IMG/VR virus record: IMGVR_UViG_3300035157_000753
Coordinates: 1-64,000 of that record
Source of the DNA: a virus
DNA: 64,000 nt
Reading direction: 5' to 3' (one strand)
Within the stretch, counting starts at the first letter, position 1. The number at the start of each line of letters is the position of its first letter. The notes below the pieces were generated by a model that was given only the letters and a program-made list of their open reading frames with translations, did no database searches and was not told the origin of the DNA. Made by a program: the position numbers and the translations under genes. Below, in pieces: positions 1 to 10,450 of this stretch.

Positions 1-3000
1 TAATAACACCACTTGTAACTGTATAAGTTGCTCTTGCAACACCACTATCAGTAACACTTACGTTACCACCTTCAAGTGGAATGTTCTGATAAGTTCCATC
101 AGTATATGATGTACCACCATTGGTGATTGTAATACTATCAATATATGTACTGTCTGTGACAGATCCATCAATAACAATACAATCCTGAGTAGCAGGTCTA
201 ATTGCTTGTAATGCATACTCCCAAGAAGAATCACCACGTAAGAATGTGTAAGAGTTAGATACACCTCTACTTGCTAATCTCTCTGGGTCAATAGTACCAG
301 CAACAATGTTAGAAGCATCAATGTTAGTTGATGTTAACTGTGTCCAGTTCGCTGCATTAGAAGCAGAAGTATTAATTACCCTTGTAAGGTCAACAATTCT
401 CTTTCTAGCAAAGTTACCAGAAGTACTTGCTGAAGCAGCAGAAGTTACAGAATACTGGTTAGCATTGATTAGAGAAATTGTATAGAAACCATCAGCACCT
501 TGACCACTTGTAAAGTCTAAGTAAACAAGAGATGCGTTTGATAATCCATGTCCAGTATCATCAACTGTAATGGTAGTACCAGATTGAGAATAAGTACCAG
601 TTCCCTCATTGGCATTAGCACCATCAAGAATATAGTCACCTGCATCAAACTTGATATTGTTTGCAATGTTGATGTTAACTCTACCTTCAATCTGAGCAGC
701 AAGAACTGCATTGTTGTTTGTAGGTGAGTTGGGTGCAGTAACAGTTGGTTGTGTATAATATTTTGAACCAGGATTGGTAATAGTAACCTTAGTTACGATA
801 CCACTTGTTACGTTAGCAGTAGCAGCTGCCTGTGTTCCTCCCGCAGATGGTGCAGAAATTGTTAGTGCAAAGTCACCAGTATAATCTCCACCACCATCAG
901 TGATAACGAAGTTATAAATCTGACCATCGTTATATGACTGAACAGTACCACGAGCAGTAGTAGAACTACCACTTAGGATAGCACCATTAGTGAATGAGTA
1001 GTTGCTATTAGGTGTGAATGCTAAGAACTGAGATTCTAAGTCATTCTCCAAGATATAGGAGATTGCAGTACCATCAGTTGTAAACGTATGAGTACCTGTA
1101 CCCTGACCAGTAAGGTCAATAGCAGTACCATTTGTTGCGTTTGATGATGTAGAAGCAAGCTTAACAGTGTTGTCATCAACCTTAATAACAAAGTACTTGG
1201 TAGCAGTTGAAAGTCCACCAATCGCTGTTGTTCCCTCAGTATATGTTAATCCATCACCAGTATTTGTACCATGAGCTGTGATGGTAATCTGTTCATTACC
1301 TGTATTAACTGAAGCAGGAGCAACACTAAAGTCTATAGCAGTTGTCTCAATAGCAATGTCACCAGCATTTGCGTCTTCAATAGCAAGTCTTTCTGCCTGA
1401 GATGTAACAGAAGTAATGTTGAAAGGACGTAAAGCAGGGATCTGGTCGATGTTGATCTTACCTGAAGACGTTAACTGAACCAGAGCAGATGGAACTGCGT
1501 TTGTTGAATATGGCTGGTTGAGGTATGGTCCTAGGTTATTTGAAATATAATCTTTAACTGATGCCTGAGTAGGTAGTAAACTATCAGATGCGAATGCACC
1601 ACCTAAGTTGTCATCATCAGAGAAACCTGTAATCGTGATGTCACCACCAACGATCTTAATGGATGATAGTTCAGAGATACTAACAGTACCAACGAAACTA
1701 ATAGCACCAGTTCTGTTGAAGATGGTAACGAAATTACCAACCTTGAAGTCACCAAACTCGTTAGTACCTGATGTATAAACTTGTCCGAAACCTTGTTCAG
1801 ATGCTTCATATGCAGTACCTAAACCAAATCCACCGTTCTGAGGTAGAGCAGCATAGGTGTTACCAGATCCAGAATATTCCCAAGTGTGTGATGAGGAGTT
1901 AACAACAGATGGTCTATGGAATTGGATTGAGCGATTGACTAAGTTACTTAAGTTACCGTTAGCATAACTGTTCCTAGTGTTAGGAGCTGCTGTATCGGTA
2001 TAATCCATCGACCTGTTGGTGATGATCTTAGCAACTACCTGAGTTCCAGGAGCACCACTGACTACTTCTGTTTCAAGAATGATATGCTCAACAGCAGGGT
2101 CAGTTGGATTACATCCACCAATTCTAATGATATAATCTTCTGTTGGAATATTGGTTAATGTTGTACCAGATACTTGAATGACCTGTCTACCAGATTCAAC
2201 TTGGTTGTTATCAACATCATTAGTAATACTATCAATGACACCAATATCAAAGCTGTATGGGTCTGCTCTAAATCCAGTTGCACGTAGAGAGTACGTACCA
2301 AAGTTAGATGCAGAGTTAGTAATAGATGCATATCCACCAGACTGACAAACAACACCATCTTGACAGAAGATAGCGAACACAGAAACGACCTGTGTATATC
2401 CATCATTAGTGACGTTGTATGCAGTACCACCAAAAGATATAATGGTAAATGCGTTTGCAACCATCGACTTACCTTGTGGGTCGAACTGTGCAATACTATT
2501 ACCTTGCCCATCAAGTTTTAAACCTGGACGAGGTACGTTTGGTGTAGCAACCTTAGCACCGTCAATATCACAACCAGAACCTCCAAGGAATGATATAACA
2601 GAAGAGTTCTGAATGAATGGTGATGCTTCAACTACTGGTAAATCTAAGAATAGATTGAGTAGTGGGAACTTGTACTTAGCAGCATCCTGTTCAGTAATAA
2701 GAGGATCTGGTTCTGTAATAGTACCACTGTATAAAGTACCACTAGATAAGACGTTATCTAAAATACCCCAATTGGTAGTTAGTGCAGATATAACATTAGC
2801 ACACTCAGGAGCACTTGAATCTACAGTAATAGAACTGTTAGAAACAGGAGCAATTGGTGTAAAGAATCCTGCTTCCAAATCATTTCTTATTGCTTTGATG
2901 CAAAGCTCTTTAGCATATGCAAAGATAGCACGAGTATAATCTACTTCTTGAGTAACGTGTGCAATAGCACCACTAGAGATATACTTGTTAGCAGACTCAA

Positions 3001-6000
3001 CTATTGAAGAGTTACCAGTGTAACGAAGGTCATACTGGAATGCTCTAACAACATGAAGAATATCATCTAAACATTGCTGATCACCAGGTGAGAATGTTCT
3101 TGTTACTGCATTTAAGTTACCATATGATCCATCTGTACCTAATGCAGTTGTAATTATACCGAAGAAGGTATCAATCGCAGATACTACATCAGTACATGTT
3201 GGAGTTGTAGCAGCGGTATCAGTAGCATGAGCTAAACTATCTGTAGCAATTGCTTGCTCAACAATTGAGAATAAAGTATCAACTGTGGACTTAGGAGTTG
3301 TACATCCACCAGGATCAACTGTAATGGATAGATCCTTACTTTGATCTACACCATGCCATCCTCTAATGTTTACAGTCTCGTTAGAAATAACCTGTTGTGT
3401 GATATCACTTGCAATCTCCATGACTGCACGAGCGTAGAATTCCTCACCATCTACGTGAGTAGTTCCAACGAAATATCCTGCATGATCATAAACAGCATCA
3501 TTACCACCATTAACAATATTGTATGCAACTGCTCTAAGAACATCAGAAACGTCATCCTTACAATCCTGATTATGATTAGGAATTGAGAATCTTGCAGCAG
3601 CAATTGGGTCTGTTGTACGAGGATAGGTATAGTTTCCACCACCCTGAGCACAACTATAAATTATAGAATTAGTTGCGATCTTAACTGTAGATCTAGCATG
3701 ACTAATAGCATCAGCTGCAGCACTTTGATAAGTATGAGTTGTAGTGTTAGTAGAAGGAACTGTATCTAATACTTGTACATCAAATGTGTTCGTAGTAACA
3801 TTAGAAATAATAATCCACTTGTTAGCAATTGGATCTGTTGAACGTGGATATGCAGTTGTTCCACCGCCACCATGAGTACAACTAAAGCTTATTGCACCAA
3901 CATCAAATTTAACTTTATCACCAACAGCAAATCCATGATTGTTGATGGTTACAGTCATAATACCTGTATTAGGATTATAAGCACCACCAGTTGCAGTATG
4001 TGTAGTAGGAGCTAGTAATTCATTAGATCCAATAGTTAATACTAGATCACCTGTAGCAGGAGTATATGTTGATGCAGATGGGATATAATTGTTAATAGTA
4101 GAAGAAGTTGATCTCTTAACACCATTAGAAGTCGCACTTATAAATGTATGAGCATAGTTACCACCAGTGATAACTGAGTTACCTAATGCAGACTGGAAAG
4201 CATGAGTAGTAGTGTTAGATGAAATACCAACATCAAGAGTAATTGTAGTTCCTGTTGTTGCTACGATAGGAACTGAAGTATTGTGTGACTTATCACGCTT
4301 TTGTGTGATTCCACCTGTTGTTGCAGATACAAATGTATGAACATCTGTATTTGTTGATGGGATTGTAGATAAGACTTGAATTTCAAATGTAGTTGAAGTT
4401 ACATTAAAGATCTTCTGGAATTTTCCAGAGATAGGATCAGATGATCTTGGATATGACTTCTGTGCAGCAGGACCAGAGGCACCACCAAATGCACAACTGA
4501 ATGTAATTGAATTATCAGCAAACTTAACCCAGTCACCGTTTCTCATTCCATGAGCAGCAGTAGTGGTAACTTTCATGATACCTGTAGCAGGATCATAAGT
4601 TGTACCGTTAGTTGCTGTATGTGAATCAACTATTGATCTTGGATATGCGTGCTCAGTTGATTGACTATCCTCATCACATTTGAATGTAATAGCACCTGTT
4701 GTGAGCTTGACATGCTCTTTAACATGTTGAAGACCATTGCTAGTTGCACTTACAAATGTATGAACATCATTAACTGATAGTGCTACACCACCAGTACAAT
4801 CAAACTTAAATGTATTTGCAGTAACACCCCAGATGTTAACCCACTTACCATCTAAGTACTGACCTGCCTTTGGATAAGATTCGCTACCACCGCCACCATA
4901 AGGGCAACTCATGGATATAGATCCAACAGCAAGATTAATCTTATCTCCTTCTTGGAAACCGTGATCATCAATAGTCACAGTCATAATACCTGTGCTATTT
5001 TCTAAAGTAGCACCAGTGATTGTATGTGATGTAGGAGCCTCAAGGGTATGATTACCTATAGTAACCTCCATAAGACCCGTTGTAGGGGTATATACAGCGT
5101 TTGTAGGAGTGAATGTAACAGGTGGTGTAGTACCTACGTTAATATCAAAAGTATCAGCAGTAATGTTAGAAACACTCTTCCAAACATTAAGAGCTGGATC
5201 TGTTGCTCTTGGATATGTGTGCTTGGAGAAATTATCATCCATAGCACAAGTAAAGGTCAATGAATCTTGTGCGACCTGTACTTTCTCACCAACTGTGAAA
5301 CCATGACCAGGAATTTTAAGAGTTAATACACCTGTAATTGGTTCGTATGAAGCATCAGTTACTGTGTGCTGTGTAAATCCAACATCATTATAAACAACAG
5401 CTCTTGTTACAGAATTTGCTGCTGCACTTACAAATGTATGTGGAGTGACATCAGTTACTGCCTTACCAACATTAACCCTAATATTATTAGCATCTACCTT
5501 AGTTACACCAAGATACTTGTTATAGAATGGATCTGTTGTACGAGGATATGTCTTATTAGAACCATCATTATCCATCTCACAAGTAAATGTGAGTGAATTG
5601 GGTGCAATTAAAATTCTGTCTCCATCTACAAATGGGTGACTTGCAATGGTAAGAACCATTTCACCTGTTTGTGGATTATAATCAGCACCAGTTGGTTGGA
5701 ATTGATATGTACTTAAACCTTGGAATGTATGTGTAGTAGTATTGGTTGGAGTCTCACCATTAAGTGCATTAATAGTAATATCATTTCCATTAACAGCAGT
5801 TACAGGAGTTTCAGTAAGACTTGAAACAAAACGCTCTACTGCTTCTTCCGAAATGAACTTGTTATTAGTATTAATTAAATTAGCAGCATCCTGAGTTAGG
5901 TTAGGTACAGTACCATATGTTGCTCTATCAAGAGTAATAGTTTCATACTGTTGAGGATGAGTAGTATGTGGATGTCTTAGAATTGGTAGGTTACGAATTA

Positions 6001-9000
6001 CCTTAGCAGCATATCCCTTAGCATTATTGAATGCAGTTACATACTTACTCTGATTACTTGTAGTTACATCTTTAAGGAAGTAATTAGCAGCATCATATAC
6101 TCTGTCATTACCACCCCACTTAAGGTTGTGATAAAGTGACTTCTTAAGGAAGTCGGAAATATCATCAGTACATGCTGTATTACCAGTAGGTACACTATAA
6201 CCAGTATCAGCAACCATCTTCTCGACAGCTACTTCAGCAATCATCTCAGCATTAGCAGCTAGTAACTCTGCAGCATCTGCCTGTTTATTATTCTCTGGGA
6301 AACTATTTGGAGTTCTATATGGTTTTCTTAGATCAGTGAAAGTACCATCAGTTCCTGTGTATGTTGTACCTACAGCTGTATTTTTACCAGAACTATTAAC
6401 ACCAAGATCAAGAGTGAAAGTTCTATGATCTACAATATCCTTAATAGGCCATGTGCTATTAAGACTAAATCCATTTGCAAATGCAGCAACACCTTTAATT
6501 TCTACACCAGCAGAAGTACCAACATTAACTGTAACCGTTCCAGCTGCATCTACTGCTGTGATTGCTAATGTAGCACCATATGCAGGGTCAGTTGATCTTG
6601 GGTAAGTATGAGATGTAGCATGGTTGTCTCTGGAGCATGTAAAGCTTAGAGAACCATTAGCAATGGTTAATGTATCAGAGGTACTGAAAGTATGAGCACC
6701 TATTGTTAATACTAGGTCTCCTGATACAGGATCATATGTTGCACCAGTTACATTCTTTTGAACACTACCAGCAGTTATTGTAATAGCATTACTTGCTGTA
6801 CCACCATTGTAGATGTGATTGTGATTCTTATATCCTCTATAAAGGTTATGACCTTGATTAACTTTAATAGTAGCAACATCATCACTTACAGTCCATGAAG
6901 TGATTGGATGGTCAAACTCCATTCCCAATGCACTGAATGTAGTAGGTCCAATTACAAGAGTACTATTCCTAGTAGAAGACTTCTCATAATGAGACTTGAC
7001 ATATCCGTATGCTTCTTGTGCAATAAATTCTTGGTTTGCTCTGATAGATTCAGCAGCATCCCTAAAGCGAGCAGTCTGAGAGATCTTGACAAATCCATAA
7101 GGAGAGTTCCTTAGAGATGCAAGAACATAGTTATTAGTAGAAATAACTGACTGGTTACCAGTAGGATTAAGGTTTGCATCAAATACACTAATAGCTGCTC
7201 TTACAACAAATTGCAATGCATAACCATCAGCACGCTCAATACGATTAGTAATGTACTTACGTCCATTAAGATCTTCAATGTTATCTAAGACACTAACTGT
7301 AGATCCAGTAGCAGTTGCAGTATTAGTAGTTGACTGAATATTTGCTGTCTTAAGTACAAAGGTAACAGTTAAGTTGGAACTATTGTATCTACCATAACCC
7401 ATACCCAATGCAGTATTGCCAGGTAAGGATGGAGTACCAGATCCAAGATCAAACTGATCAATAAAATATGTTTTACTTAATGCTTCAGATCCAGCTCCAT
7501 CAAAGTTGAACTTAAGTCCACACTCTCCTAAAGAACTCCAATTACCAAATAAAGCAGTAGTTAAAGTATTATCTACGTTAGCAAGAGTAACTGTAACTTC
7601 GCCACTTGATAAAGACCAAGATGGGTTGACACTTCCACCAAAGTTAACAGCAGAGCTTTGGAAACCATATAAGTAAACTTCTTGACCAACTTCATAGTCA
7701 TGGTAAGAAGTACCTGCTAAAGTGAAAGTTGGACCATTGTAGGTCTGTTGTGTAGCTAATGATGTGTCCAGAGTTGCGACTGATAATAATCTTGTCGCAT
7801 CTTCAAATCTTTGATATCCTAAACCTGTAGATGTAAGATCTAGAGTTGTAGGATCATCGTTACCATTAGCATCCTTATTAAGAGCGTTAGCAGCAGTAGC
7901 AGCAAGTCTTATCCAATCATTATTTTCTTTATAGACATAATAAGTTGTACCATCTACAAGACCACCAATCGCACCCATCTTACCAGCACGATATACAACA
8001 CCATCACCACTTGAATATTGGTGAGTGAAGATTCTCATATTATTCGATTCTGGCATAACATTACCAGAAGTGAATAGATGGAGACTAGTATCTGGAGATA
8101 CTCCAGTTATATCCTTCCTACCTGTAGTTGAAGTAGTTGTAGTAGCGTTTAACCAAGTATCAAATAGTTCAATAGTATCAGCATCAACAAACCTTACATA
8201 ATATGTTGCACCATCAATAAGACCACCAAGAGCTTCAGTGTTCTCATCTTTCTGGTAATAAACTTGATCACCACTCTTAAAGCTATGTCCAGTAATTGTG
8301 ATCCTATCAGTGGTTAGATTAACCTTAGTAGCATCAGCAGCAAAGGCAGTTGTTTCTCTTTCAGTATTAACTGTATGCTGATAAACCTGGTTAGAGATAG
8401 TCTCTAGTTCAGGTCTTAATGATTCAGCATCAACAACGTCAAAGCGATCTGATACACTTGGGTTAGTGATGTCAGTAATAATATTAGCTGCTACAGCATC
8501 ATAGAATACTTTTTCAGCGTCTTGGAATACGTCGTTAACACCTGATGTAATTAATATCTTAACAGTACCACTTGCATTTGGTGTTCCCTGTGGTCCTGTG
8601 AAATTGACCTCTTGAACAGTACCTAATGTACCTGAAGATCCACCTTGTACAAAGTAACCAACCTGTAGAGTTATGTCACTACCTGTATGGTTGTTAAATG
8701 TAATAAGGAAGATGTTATCACCACGGAACTTATCACCAGGAATAGCTGGAATCTGTGCAAGTTCTGGTTCGTAGTATAATCTCTGCTTATCGTCAAATAC
8801 AAATGCATACTTCCAAGTATGAATTACTGTACTTTGTGGGTCAGAAGAGTTCTGTAGTGCATCTCTGAATACACAACCAGCAACATATGTTTCGTTAGAT
8901 GCTTTGATCATGTGACGATCAGCATTTAACGGTCTTACAATTACACGACGTAGGTTGTCACCGATCAGTGAGCAGTTCCTTGGAAGTGAAATTGGGTTAT

Positions 9001-9871
9001 CTTCTAAGTATTCACCACCAGATACGATTAGTGAAACGTACTCATCACTAGGATCTGGTTGTGCTTTTTGTAAACCGTAAGCAATTTGTGCTGCTTTCTT
9101 AATAGTTTTTACAGGTCTTGCAGCAGAACGACCATCATTTTCATCACTACCAATGGTTTGGGAAACATAAACACGTCCACCAGTGTCATTTGTAGCAACT
9201 TTATAAACGAAATCTGTAGTTGCGATACGTCTTGACTGGTCAGTCAGAGGAGGAGTATCAGCAGTTGGATAAAATGTTGTACCAAAAGTATTACTTGTTA
9301 CGTCTGTATCTTCGTAGTTGATTAAATTAGGAGCACGAAGAGCCAGTGCAGGGTTGATAATGGTCTGGATGTCTAAGTTAACAACCTGAGCAGTATCAGA
9401 AATGATAGAACGAGTGGTTCTGATTTGACCCTCAACGTCAAGTTCGTACTGAGGATCGGTAGTATTAACACCAACGCGAATATTATTTTGAGGATTTAAG
9501 TTTAATGTTAATGCATCTTTCTCATTAGCATCAACACCAACAGATAATTCTACAGATTCATCCCCTTGAATACTTAAAGAACGTACTCTCTTATATGAAC
9601 ATGTATTACCAGCAGTAATTACACCTAAGTTTGTACTCTGGAATGAAAGATTATCATCATCTACCTTGGTTACAGTATAGGTACCATCTACCTCACCGCC
9701 AGATGTGAAATCTATATAAAGTTTTTCACTCCCGATGAAACCGTGAGCAACAGAAAGAATATTAACAACACCTGTTACTGTCCTACTGTAGGTAGAGTTT
9801 ACCCAATTACCTGTAGGAGTAGCACCAGATGCCTGTATTCTTTGCTGGTCGGCATTAATCTTAAGACTCAT
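1..9871 (-). CDS. Giant fibre/virion structural protein, >3,280 aa, 3' end outside window
   Basis: ATG at 9871 after AGGA, reading MSLKINADQQRIQASGATPTG. The same frame reads ...SVTDSGVARATYTVTSGVI at the left edge. I spot-checked the frame but did not translate every codon; its absence from the ORF track fits having no stop. It contains a beta-helix entry motif (RVYVSQTIGSDENDGRS..PVKTIKKA..GDNLRRVIVRP) and ~8 'YPRxxDP' modules. Confidence 0.9.
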   Translation of the reverse strand, partial: MSLKINADQQRIQASGATPTGNWVNSTYSRTVTGVVNILSVAHGFIGSEKLYIDFTSGGEVDGTYTVTKVDDDNLSFQSTNLGVITAGNTCSYKRVRSLSIQGDESVELSVGVDANEKDALTLNLNPQNNIRVGVNTTDPQYELDVEGQIRTTRSIISDTAQVVNLDIQTIINPALALRAPNLINYEDTDVTSNTFGTTFYPTADTPPLTDQSRRIATTDFVYKVATNDTGGRVYVSQTIGSDENDGRSAARPVKTIKKAAQIAYGLQKAQPDPSDEYVSLIVSGGEYLEDNPISLPRNCSLIGDNLRRVIVRPLNADRHMIKASNETYVAGCVFRDALQNSSDPQSTVIHTWKYAFVFDDKQRLYYEPELAQIPAIPGDKFRGDNIFLITFNNHTGSDITLQVGYFVQGGSSGTLGTVQEVNFTGPQGTPNASGTVKILITSGVNDVFQDAEKVFYDAVAANIITDITNPSVSDRFDVVDAESLRPELETISNQVYQHTVNTERETTAFAADATKVNLTTDRITITGHSFKSGDQVYYQKDENTEALGGLIDGATYYVRFVDADTIELFDTWLNATTTTSTTGRKDITGVSPDTSLHLFTSGNVMPESNNMRIFTHQYSSGDGVVYRAGKMGAIGGLVDGTTYYVYKENNDWIRLAATAANALNKDANGNDDPTTLDLTSTGLGYQRFEDATRLLSVATLDTSLATQQTYNGPTFTLAGTSYHDYEVGQEVYLYGFQSSAVNFGGSVNPSWSLSSGEVTVTLANVDNTLTTALFGNWSSLGECGLKFNFDGAGSEALSKTYFIDQFDLGSGTPSLPGNTALGMGYGRYNSSNLTVTFVLKTANIQSTTNTATATGSTVSVLDNIEDLNGRKYITNRIERADGYALQFVVRAAISVFDANLNPTGNQSVISTNNYVLASLRNSPYGFVKISQTARFRDAAESIRANQEFIAQEAYGYVKSHYEKSSTRNSTLVIGPTTFSALGMEFDHPITSWTVSDDVATIKVNQGHNLYRGYKNHNHIYNGGTASNAITITAGSVQKNVTGATYDPVSGDLVLTIGAHTFSTSDTLTIANGSLSFTCSRDNHATSHTYPRSTDPAYGATLAITAVDAAGTVTVNVGTSAGVEIKGVAAFANGFSLNSTWPIKDIVDHRTFTLDLGVNSSGKNTAVGTTYTGTDGTFTDLRKPYRTPNSFPENNKQADAAELLAANAEMIAEVAVEKMVADTGYSVPTGNTACTDDISDFLKKSLYHNLKWGGNDRVYDAANYFLKDVTTSNQSKYVTAFNNAKGYAAKVIRNLPILRHPHTTHPQQYETITLDRATYGTVPNLTQDAANLINTNNKFISEEAVERFVSSLTETPVTAVNGNDITINALNGETPTNTTTHTFQGLSTYQFQPTGADYNPQTGEMVLTIASHPFVDGDRILIAPNSLTFTCEMDNDGSNKTYPRTTDPFYNKYLGVTKVDANNIRVNVGKAVTDVTPHTFVSAAANSVTRAVVYNDVGFTQHTVTDASYEPITGVLTLKIPGHGFTVGEKVQVAQDSLTFTCAMDDNFSKHTYPRATDPALNVWKSVSNITADTFDINVGTTPPVTFTPTNAVYTPTTGLMEVTIGNHTLEAPTSHTITGATLENSTGIMTVTIDDHGFQEGDKINLAVGSISMSCPYGGGGSESYPKAGQYLDGKWVNIWGVTANTFKFDCTGGVALSVNDVHTFVSATSNGLQHVKEHVKLTTGAITFKCDEDSQSTEHAYPRSIVDSHTATNGTTYDPATGIMKVTTTAAHGMRNGDWVKFADNSITFSCAFGGASGPAAQKSYPRSSDPISGKFQKIFNVTSTTFEIQVLSTIPSTNTDVHTFVSATTGGITQKRDKSHNTSVPIVATTGTTITLDVGISSNTTTHAFQSALGNSVITGGNYAHTFISATSNGVKRSTSSTINNYIPSASTYTPATGDLVLTIGSNELLAPTTHTATGGAYNPNTGIMTVTINNHGFAVGDKVKFDVGAISFSCTHGGGGTTAYPRSTDPIANKWIIISNVTTNTFDVQVLDTVPSTNTTTHTYQSAAADAISHARSTVKIATNSIIYSCAQGGGNYTYPRTTDPIAAARFSIPNHNQDCKDDVSDVLRAVAYNIVNGGNDAVYDHAGYFVGTTHVDGEEFYARAVMEIASDITQQVISNETVNIRGWHGVDQSKDLSITVDPGGCTTPKSTVDTLFSIVEQAIATDSLAHATDTAATTPTCTDVVSAIDTFFGIITTALGTDGSYGNLNAVTRTFSPGDQQCLDDILHVVRAFQYDLRYTGNSSIVESANKYISSGAIAHVTQEVDYTRAIFAYAKELCIKAIRNDLEAGFFTPIAPVSNSSITVDSSAPECANVISALTTNWGILDNVLSSGTLYSGTITEPDPLITEQDAAKYKFPLLNLFLDLPVVEASPFIQNSSVISFLGGSGCDIDGAKVATPNVPRPGLKLDGQGNSIAQFDPQGKSMVANAFTIISFGGTAYNVTNDGYTQVVSVFAIFCQDGVVCQSGGYASITNSASNFGTYSLRATGFRADPYSFDIGVIDSITNDVDNNQVESGRQVIQVSGTTLTNIPTEDYIIRIGGCNPTDPAVEHIILETEVVSGAPGTQVVAKIITNRSMDYTDTAAPNTRNSYANGNLSNLVNRSIQFHRPSVVNSSSHTWEYSGSGNTYAALPQNGGFGLGTAYEASEQGFGQVYTSGTNEFGDFKVGNFVTIFNRTGAISFVGTVSISELSSIKIVGGDITITGFSDDDNLGGAFASDSLLPTQASVKDYISNNLGPYLNQPYSTNAVPSALVQLTSSGKINIDQIPALRPFNITSVTSQAERLAIEDANAGDIAIETTAIDFSVAPASVNTGNEQITITAHGTNTGDGLTYTEGTTAIGGLSTATKYFVIKVDDNTVKLASTSSNATNGTAIDLTGQGTGTHTFTTDGTAISYILENDLESQFLAFTPNSNYSFTNGAILSGSSTTARGTVQSYNDGQIYNFVITDGGGDYTGDFALTISAPSAGGTQAAATANVTSGIVTKVTITNPGSKYYTQPTVTAPNSPTNNNAVLAAQIEGRVNINIANNIKFDAGDYILDGANANEGTGTYSQSGTTITVDDTGHGLSNASLVYLDFTSGQGADGFYTISLINANQYSVTSAASASTSGNFARKRIVDLTRVINTSASNAANWTQLTSTNIDASNIVAGTIDPERLASRGVSNSYTFLRGDSSWEYALQAIRPATQDCIVIDGSVTDSTYIDSITITNGGTSYTDGTYQNIPLEGGNVSVTDSGVARATYTVTSGVI

Positions 9872-9886
9872 TTCGTTCCTATTCTG

Positions 9887-10420
9887 TTATGATACTACTG
9901 TGATATCTAAAATACCAATCCACTTAACAGTAGAATTGGTTGTCACTGACTTCACTTCAAACGTGAAGAATGGGGCAGATCCAATCTGGAAAGCGTCTGG
10001 AGTTACATTCCAAACCTCCTGTCCAGGTGGATTATTCCGAATAATATTTTCATAACTAGATGCTACTGTTGGCGTACCATCATTAGCAGTGGTTACTACA
10101 ATATCAAATACTGTTGCATAAACATATTCATTGCTTGTAGTTTCCTGTCCAAAAACTCTTGCCTTAATGAAAGATACCCTATCTGCAGCAAGTGCAGGGG
10201 TATTTCCAGCGAGAGCAGTTGTACCATCAAGGGTCAATTGTAAGGTATTGTTAGCAGCATCTGTTACTCTCTTAACAAGATACTTGTCATGAGTAGCGTC
10301 AGCAAAATTATCACTGACCATATGAATCGCTGAGATGTTCTTGAGTTCGTAAGATGTGTTTACGATCTCTGTAGAACCTACAGCGAAACCCCCAATTGAT
10401 GAAAAATTCTTGGTTGGCAT
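9887..10420 (-). CDS. Virion structural protein, 177 aa
   Basis: Beta-rich ORF within the structural operon, downstream of a late promoter. Confidence 0.75.
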   Translation of the reverse strand: MPTKNFSSIGGFAVGSTEIVNTSYELKNISAIHMVSDNFADATHDKYLVKRVTDAANNTLQLTLDGTTALAGNTPALAADRVSFIKARVFGQETTSNEYVYATVFDIVVTTANDGTPTVASSYENIIRNNPPGQEVWNVTPDAFQIGSAPFFTFEVKSVTTNSTVKWIGILDITVVS

Positions 10421-10442
10421 GACGTTATAATACCTTCAGGGT

Positions 10443-10450
10443 TATTTATA
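10443..10450 (-). promoter_or_regulatory. T4-type late promoter TATAAATA
   Basis: Exact TATAAATA overlapping the stop of the upstream gene, 23 nt before the ATG at 10420. Confidence 0.8.
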
